A program made the translations under genes and the position numbers. From assembly GCA_022826645.1 (NCBI GenBank), contig JAJDUM010000046.1, positions 11,833 to 75,832 of the forward strand: a stretch of DNA of 64,000 bases, in the 5' to 3' direction. Numbering within the stretch: position 1 is the first letter of the stretch; each line of letters begins with the position of its first letter. The stretch comes from Candidatus Poribacteria bacterium. GTDB lineage: Bacteria > Poribacteria > WGA-4E > PCPOR2b. Of the stretch, positions 58,690-64,000 are shown piece after piece. The notes beneath the pieces were generated by a model. It searched no databases. It had not been told where the DNA came from and saw nothing but the letters and a program-made list of their open reading frames with translations.

Positions 58690-60408
58690 ATGACAAACGA
58701 CGAAATTAGTGAAGTTTTCAGGAACATCGGCAATCTGCTTCAGATCAAGGGCGACGATTCCTTTCGTGCCCGGATTTATAATCGTGCGGCGGAAACAATT
58801 GATGAACTCTCGGTGGACCTACATGAGTTAGCAGAGGCGGGCGACCTTCAATCGATTCCGGGTATCGGCAACGCTATAGAACAGAAAACCATTGAAATGC
58901 TGGAGACAGGACAGTGTCGCTTCTACGATAACCTGATTCAGGAGATGGGCGTTGAGGCGTTAGATCTAATCGCGATTCGGGGCGTTGGGGTGAAGACAGC
59001 AGGACGGTTTTATCAGGAATTGGGTGTAAAGAGTCTTAGCGATCTCCGAGAAGCGATTGGGACAGGTCAGCTCGGTCGAATGCAACGGATGGGTGCCAAA
59101 ACAATTGCGTCAATCGACGAGGGTTTGCAATTTCTTGAGAAACAGAGAGAGATGCGGCCACTTCGGCAGATTTTACCGATCGCAGATGCGGTTTTTAATG
59201 CGCTGAACGGCAAATCGGATATCAAACGGGTGGAATTCACCGGGGACTTTCGCAGGCACGAGGAGATGTTACAAAGCCTTGAGTTCGTCGTTGAATGCGG
59301 CAGCTCGCAGGGGATTGTTGATGTGTTGTCCGAGGTGAAAGGTGTAGCATCTCCGGGGATACAGGATGACCTCGGCGTCGTCGCCTCGGTGAATAGAGGA
59401 TTTCCGTTACGGGTTTATTGCACGGATACGGCGGAATATGAAGCAACTCTATTTGCAACAGCGGGCGCTGAAGCACACGTAACACGACTTAATCAGGTTG
59501 CAGCATCTCAAGATATTGAAGCAGTGGGCAAACGACTGCCAGATTGGTCGAAAGATAAGACGGAATCTGATATTTATGCTCAACTTGGTTTGTCGTTCAT
59601 CGCCCCTGAATTGCGAGGCGACGCTGATTCGATTGAGGCAGCATTGGCGGATAATTTGCCAACCCTTATCGAGCAGGAGGATTTACGGTGTGATCTGCAT
59701 ATGCACACGAACTGGAGCGATGGACGGGCAACACTCCGGGAAATGGTAGAGACCGCGGCATCACTTGGACATGAATACATCGCCATTACCGATCACTCCG
59801 AAGCCTCACGGGTTGCCAACGGCTTAACGCCGGAACGGTTGCGGGCACAGATTCAACAGGTTCGTGAACTCAACGCAGAAATCGATGGGATGGAGGTGCT
59901 TTCGGGTTCAGAGGTCGATATCCTGAAGGATGGCAGCCTCGATTTTCCCGATGAGCTCTTGGCAGAACTGGACATCGTTGTGGCAAGTGTCCACGCGGGT
60001 CTATCCATGGGCGAAGCGGAGATGACCGACCGTGTCATCCGCGCAGTTGAAAATCCGTATGTTACTATCATCGGACATCCGACAGGACGTCTGCTGGGAC
60101 GGCGTCCGGGGTTCGCAATCAACCTTGACGCGGTGATTGATGCAGCGGCAGCGAATGGTGTGGCGTTAGAGATTAACGCTGCTCCCAGCCGATTGGATCT
60201 TGAACCGGGTCCGGTGCGGAAAGCACGCGACCGGGGTGCCTTATTATCAGTCAATACCGATGCACACTCAGCCCCTGACTTAGCGCGTGCTTTATTTGGG
60301 ATCAATGTTGCCCGGCGCGGTTGGTTAGAGAGCGCTGCGGTTCTTAACACCTACTCGCTGCCAGCGCTAAAAGAAATGATGGGCGGGCGATTGAGGCGTA
60401 ACGGATGA
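58690..60408 (+). CDS. polX: DNA polymerase X family protein with a C-terminal PHP phosphoesterase domain (PolX)
   Basis: N-terminal helix-hairpin-helix region (ISEVFRNIGNLLQIKGDDSFRARIYNRAAETI), Pol-beta-like core, and PHP motifs (DLHMHTNWSDG...). Start MTNDEIS. Confidence 0.85.
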   Translation: MTNDEISEVFRNIGNLLQIKGDDSFRARIYNRAAETIDELSVDLHELAEAGDLQSIPGIGNAIEQKTIEMLETGQCRFYDNLIQEMGVEALDLIAIRGVGVKTAGRFYQELGVKSLSDLREAIGTGQLGRMQRMGAKTIASIDEGLQFLEKQREMRPLRQILPIADAVFNALNGKSDIKRVEFTGDFRRHEEMLQSLEFVVECGSSQGIVDVLSEVKGVASPGIQDDLGVVASVNRGFPLRVYCTDTAEYEATLFATAGAEAHVTRLNQVAASQDIEAVGKRLPDWSKDKTESDIYAQLGLSFIAPELRGDADSIEAALADNLPTLIEQEDLRCDLHMHTNWSDGRATLREMVETAASLGHEYIAITDHSEASRVANGLTPERLRAQIQQVRELNAEIDGMEVLSGSEVDILKDGSLDFPDELLAELDIVVASVHAGLSMGEAEMTDRVIRAVENPYVTIIGHPTGRLLGRRPGFAINLDAVIDAAAANGVALEINAAPSRLDLEPGPVRKARDRGALLSVNTDAHSAPDLARALFGINVARRGWLESAAVLNTYSLPALKEMMGGRLRRNG

Positions 60409-60439
60409 TCCCGCTCAATCACAATGGGTTTTTCAGAGA

Positions 60440-62296
60440 ATGAAGATTCAGATCGCAAATCATATCCTTGATATTGATGAGCCAACGCTATACGACTGGA
60501 TAAAGTTAGGACGTGTACCGCGGGATGCCTTTGTATGGTCTGAAACGCTTACTGACGGGCAATGGAAGCCAATTACCGAGCTTCCAGCGGTTCGGAAACT
60601 GTGGGAACTTGATAGCGATTCGGAGGGAATAGATAGCGATAAGCCGGCGGTTCTCAAAAGCGAGCTCAGAACAGGACAAGGGTTTCTGAGGTTCCCCAAA
60701 AGGTTACCGGTGGTAACGCTGATTTTAATTGTATTGAACGTTGCGATTTTTCATCCGCTCGAGCTTCGGCTGATTGCCTCTTCCCAAGACTTGAGTCCTT
60801 TGATCCAATTTGGGGCTTATTCTTATCACTTAATCGTAGAAGACGGGGAATATTGGCGCCTACTCACAAGCACCTTTTTGCATGCTCATGCGCTGCACCT
60901 TCTCCTGAATATGGGCATACTGTTTCTTCTCGGCAGCTTGCTGGAAGGATTGTATGGCAGGAATCGGTTTCTGTTTTTCTATCTTATTTCCGCTATTGTC
61001 AGCAGCGTCGCCAGCTTACCTTTTGTCCAAAATGCGTTGGGTGTTGGGGCATCGGGCGCCGTATTTGGGTTAATTGGTGTTGCAGTTGCTTTAGGCATCC
61101 GTTACAAGGATCGTCTACCTCGAAGGTTGGGTCGGATCCTCGGCTTACGATTGCTCCCATTTATTGCAATTGACATTTTTCTTGGGTTTTTCGTTTTTCC
61201 GCATTTCAACTACAATGTCAACAACGCGGCTCACCTCGGCGGACTGTTCACAGGGTTTGTTGGCGGGCTAGTCCTTGCGCCGGAAGTTTTTAGCCATCGT
61301 GGACGTGAGCGACAGATTATAGCGGGGTTGACAGTAGTACTTGTAGGGTTGGCAATTGCAAGTGGTACTATACCGGTTTTACGGAGCCTTACGAATTCGC
61401 GGGAAACGGTGAAACAGCTGCCTGATGCGGCCTCCCCTACTGACCTAACCGATTATATCAGAAAGCACGAGACCAGAATTCTAAAAAGCCCTTACGATCC
61501 CGAAGCTTATGCGATTCTTGAAACCCTTTATATCGAAGCATTAAAGACTTTTCCGGATGATGCGTCTTGGACGCGCAAACTTAAGCAGTTCTACGAAAAG
61601 GCACTCCAAGCAGATCCAGACAATCCTGTTTGGAATAATAATCTGTTTTGGGTTTATCAAGCAACAGCTTTCGAGCGTCCGGACGAGAAAACAGAACTTA
61701 CAGATTACATTGAACTGTACGAAAGGGTCGCAGATAAACGGGGATATAATCGGACACTTTATTTAAATTTGGAATATTTCTACATACGTGGCAAGGGGCT
61801 TGCGCCTCAAGAGGGCAGATTTTGGGATAGGAAGTTAGAAAGGTTTTATCGGGAGGCTGTTAAAGACGACCCTGACAATGGAACGTGGAGTAATAACTTG
61901 GCGTGGCTTTATGTCGAGCAGCGGACCAATCCCCAAAAGACAGTGGAGCTCGCCCTGAACGCGGTGAGACAAGCACCGCAGGAGAAAAACTTCCTGGATA
62001 CCCTTGGCTGGGCATATTTCCGGAATCGGCAATATCTCAAATCGCTTCGCGCATTTGAGCAGGTTGTTGCAAGTCCTACCGAAACCGAGGACGAATTGAG
62101 GGCGCAGGATAGCGGCTGGAAAGGCATAAGGGAGCTGGTTCAAGCGGAGAAATCCTCCCAAGCGTTGCAAAATTTCAGTCCGGCGTTCTTGAAATTTTAT
62201 GAACGACTCTCTCGCCTCTTTTCGGAGGATAGAAGAAATAAGGCAAGGCTCGATGCTGTTTTCAGTCTCTTCCAGCAAGGCGCGAATGAAGGTTAA
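60440..62296 (+). CDS. Rhomboid family intramembrane serine protease with a C-terminal TPR-like extension
   Basis: Catalytic GVGASGAVFGLIG (GxSG) and a later AHLGG His. The C-terminal roughly 300 aa form helical repeats. Confidence 0.75.
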   Translation: MKIQIANHILDIDEPTLYDWIKLGRVPRDAFVWSETLTDGQWKPITELPAVRKLWELDSDSEGIDSDKPAVLKSELRTGQGFLRFPKRLPVVTLILIVLNVAIFHPLELRLIASSQDLSPLIQFGAYSYHLIVEDGEYWRLLTSTFLHAHALHLLLNMGILFLLGSLLEGLYGRNRFLFFYLISAIVSSVASLPFVQNALGVGASGAVFGLIGVAVALGIRYKDRLPRRLGRILGLRLLPFIAIDIFLGFFVFPHFNYNVNNAAHLGGLFTGFVGGLVLAPEVFSHRGRERQIIAGLTVVLVGLAIASGTIPVLRSLTNSRETVKQLPDAASPTDLTDYIRKHETRILKSPYDPEAYAILETLYIEALKTFPDDASWTRKLKQFYEKALQADPDNPVWNNNLFWVYQATAFERPDEKTELTDYIELYERVADKRGYNRTLYLNLEYFYIRGKGLAPQEGRFWDRKLERFYREAVKDDPDNGTWSNNLAWLYVEQRTNPQKTVELALNAVRQAPQEKNFLDTLGWAYFRNRQYLKSLRAFEQVVASPTETEDELRAQDSGWKGIRELVQAEKSSQALQNFSPAFLKFYERLSRLFSEDRRNKARLDAVFSLFQQGANEG

Positions 62297-62368
62297 TTTT
62301 GTATGAATCTCGACCTACAGGCTCCTTGAAAGCGGAAAGTTGTAGATGTTAAAAAAAAGCAGGACGTT

Positions 62369-63724
62369 TCACGCGTCAAGCTCAGCGATCTTTTCGTAAT
62401 CCTTCAATTTATACTGCAAGGACCGCAGGCTAATCCCCAAAATTCCCGCGGTTCGGGTACGATTGCCCTCCATTCTTTCGAGGGTTTTGAGGATTAACTC
62501 TTTTTCCATCTCCTTCATTGTCAGACCGACAGGTACGCTCTCGACCTGGCGTTGGTCAGCGGATTGGATCTCTTCAGGGAGGTGTTTTGGGAGAATTACA
62601 TCGCCTTCCGCGAAGAGGACTGCTCGTAGAATAGAGTATTCGAGTTCTCGCACGTTACCGGGCCAATCGTATTGCATGAGAAGTTCTCTCGCCTTATGGC
62701 TAATCAATCGCACAGGTTGATCATGGGCTCTACCGTGTTTTTGCAGGAAATATTCCGCTAATACCAGAATATCCGTCTGACGGGCTCGTAATGGTGGCAG
62801 GTGGATTGGAATCATATTCAATCGATAATAGAGGTCCTGACGAAATGTTCCTGCTTCAATCGCCTGGCGCAAGTCCTGATTGGTCGCTGCGATGATTCGC
62901 ACATCGACACGAATTACTTTCGTCCCACCCAGGCGTTCAATTTCTCCTTCCTGTATTGCCCGCAACAGCTTGGACTGTAGTTCGATGGACATATCTCCAA
63001 TTTCATCCAAGAACAGGGTGCTGCCGTGTGCGCGTTCAAATTTCCCAATCTGTTGGTGGGTTGCTCCAGTAAACGCACCGCGCTCATGCCCAAACAGTTC
63101 GCTCTCCAGAAGATGATCTGGAATGGCAGCACAATTGACGACTACCATCTCCTTTTCTCTGCGCGAACTATTTTGATGAAGCGCACGCGCGACTAACTCC
63201 TTTCCTGTACCACTCTCCCCTTGGACGAGCGCTGTAGAGTCTGTGTCCGCAATCTTTTCGATAACTTTTAGGACTTCAAGGATGGGAGGACTCTCGCCTA
63301 CAATTTCTTTATAGTTGTTGATGAGCTCATCCCTAGTGCTGCTCTCAACGGTGCGTTGGTGCTCTAATGCGCGGTCAACCTTCTGCATAATATGTTCTGG
63401 TTGAAAAGGTTTTTCCAAGAAATCGTATGCCCCGCGCTTTGTCGCCTCGACGGCACGCTGGATTGTGCCGTGCGCTGTCAACATGAGGACAAGCATACCG
63501 GGATATTTTTCGTGCAGGTGTGTTAGGGTTGCTATTCCATCCAGTTGCGGCATCTGGATGTCGAGCAGTACTAGATCCGGCAGGTCCTGATCTATTAGCT
63601 CAAGGGCATTGTACCCATCAGTAGCAGTTACAACTTCGTAGCCCTCCATTTCGAGCCGATCTTGTAAGATCAGGATGGTGTCAGGTTCATCATCAACGAT
63701 AAGGATTTTCTCTCGCTCGTTCAT
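62369..63724 (-). CDS. Sigma-54-dependent Fis-family response regulator (NtrC-like)
   Basis: Receiver domain (ILIVDDEPD...LDIQMP), AAA+ sigma54-activator core ([21 protein letters not shown]) and a C-terminal Fis HTH. The ATG at 63724 is preferred over the GTG at 63742. Confidence 0.85.
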   Translation of the reverse strand: MNEREKILIVDDEPDTILILQDRLEMEGYEVVTATDGYNALELIDQDLPDLVLLDIQMPQLDGIATLTHLHEKYPGMLVLMLTAHGTIQRAVEATKRGAYDFLEKPFQPEHIMQKVDRALEHQRTVESSTRDELINNYKEIVGESPPILEVLKVIEKIADTDSTALVQGESGTGKELVARALHQNSSRREKEMVVVNCAAIPDHLLESELFGHERGAFTGATHQQIGKFERAHGSTLFLDEIGDMSIELQSKLLRAIQEGEIERLGGTKVIRVDVRIIAATNQDLRQAIEAGTFRQDLYYRLNMIPIHLPPLRARQTDILVLAEYFLQKHGRAHDQPVRLISHKARELLMQYDWPGNVRELEYSILRAVLFAEGDVILPKHLPEEIQSADQRQVESVPVGLTMKEMEKELILKTLERMEGNRTRTAGILGISLRSLQYKLKDYEKIAELDA

Positions 63725-63795
63725 CTGAAATGCCGCTCTCACAGGAATAGTAGTATTTCAGCCTGAGTCTCTCACGAATAGATGTGTGTATATAT

Positions 63796-63825
63796 AAAAA
63801 AAAGGCAGCACGTCGGCTGCCTTTT
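63796..63825 (-). terminator. Rho-independent terminator (hairpin plus T-tract on the minus strand)
   Basis: AAAAAAAAGGCAGCacgtcgGCTGCCTTTT; on the minus strand the GC stem is followed by a run of about 9 T. Confidence 0.6.
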
Positions 63826-63896
63826 CAGTGAACATCAAAACTTCTTAAATCAATTGTGGTAAAGGCAGCAAACTGCCTTCAGGTGTAATGTGCAGT

Positions 63897-64000
63897 TAAT
63901 TCCCGTAACTTTCCTCTGCGACCATCAAAGCGATTTCCTGCCCCTCCGTCTTACTAAATCGACGTTTCGCACGTTCCATGACATCAATTACTCTGCCATG
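63897..64000 (-). CDS. 3' end of a CDS continuing beyond the window end (product unknown)
   Basis: Reverse-strand frame ...RVIDVMERAKRRFSKTEGQEIALMVAEESYGN* is open to the window edge. It is followed by an intrinsic terminator. Confidence 0.3.

Noticed and set aside
1-64000. CRISPR arrays, rRNA, tRNA
   Set aside because: No regularly spaced identical direct repeats with unique spacers were seen. The abundant repeats are palindromic REP-like units of differing sequence. No rRNA-like conserved stretches. tRNA could not be excluded rigorously by eye, but no cloverleaf-like candidate with a CCA-proximal acceptor was noticed in the gaps inspected.

Overview
This 64 kb window is a densely coding, roughly 55% GC bacterial chromosomal segment. 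It is probably from an uncultivated lineage: several secreted proteins end in a T9SS-type C-terminal sorting domain (NFPNPFNPETWIPY...YFY...RKMVILK), and a bacterial microcompartment shell gene is present. Most genes are metabolic housekeeping or accessory enzymes. There are three or four phytanoyl-CoA dioxygenase (PhyH) paralogs, three sugar-phosphate isomerase/epimerase TIM-barrel genes, a Gfo/Idh/MocA dehydrogenase, MDR and SDR oxidoreductases, aminopeptidase C, an amidase, an LPS heptosyltransferase, NadC, PolX, a rhomboid protease and a sigma-54 activator. Standout loci are listed here. (i) A 1032-aa single-chain restriction-modification-like N6-adenine methyltransferase (NPPY motif, FxGxG SAM motif, C-terminal specificity region) is followed by an HTH-XRE gene. 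(ii) A two-gene microcompartment satellite locus encodes a BMC-H shell protein and a PduP/EutE-type acylating aldehyde dehydrogenase with an N-terminal encapsulation peptide. (iii) A 2.3 kb low-GC islet (42.2-44.5 kb) carries a co-oriented array of a T5orf172/GIY-YIG-like protein, three or four tiny secreted or membrane proteins and a 295-aa orphan protein, and abuts a gene that is little more than a sorting domain. (iv) Two tandem paralogous secreted repeat proteins (601 and about 891 aa) carry HAF-like repeats; the larger has an internal duplication of about 828 bp. (v) A solitary AT-rich HNH endonuclease gene. Intergenic space is saturated with short repeats. At least 35 REP/REPIN-like hairpins carry an invariant CCTAC/GTAGG flank in many stem-sequence families. 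A composite GTGAAACGTGA direct-repeat element occurs six times on the + strand only. Tiny MITE-like elements have 13-bp terminal inverted repeats (TIRs) of GGACTTACGCA. A 135-bp near-identical repeat pair is also present. No rRNA, tRNA or CRISPR array was recognised. All calls are by eye from the translation track and the sequence; coordinates of manually refined starts may be off by a few nt.
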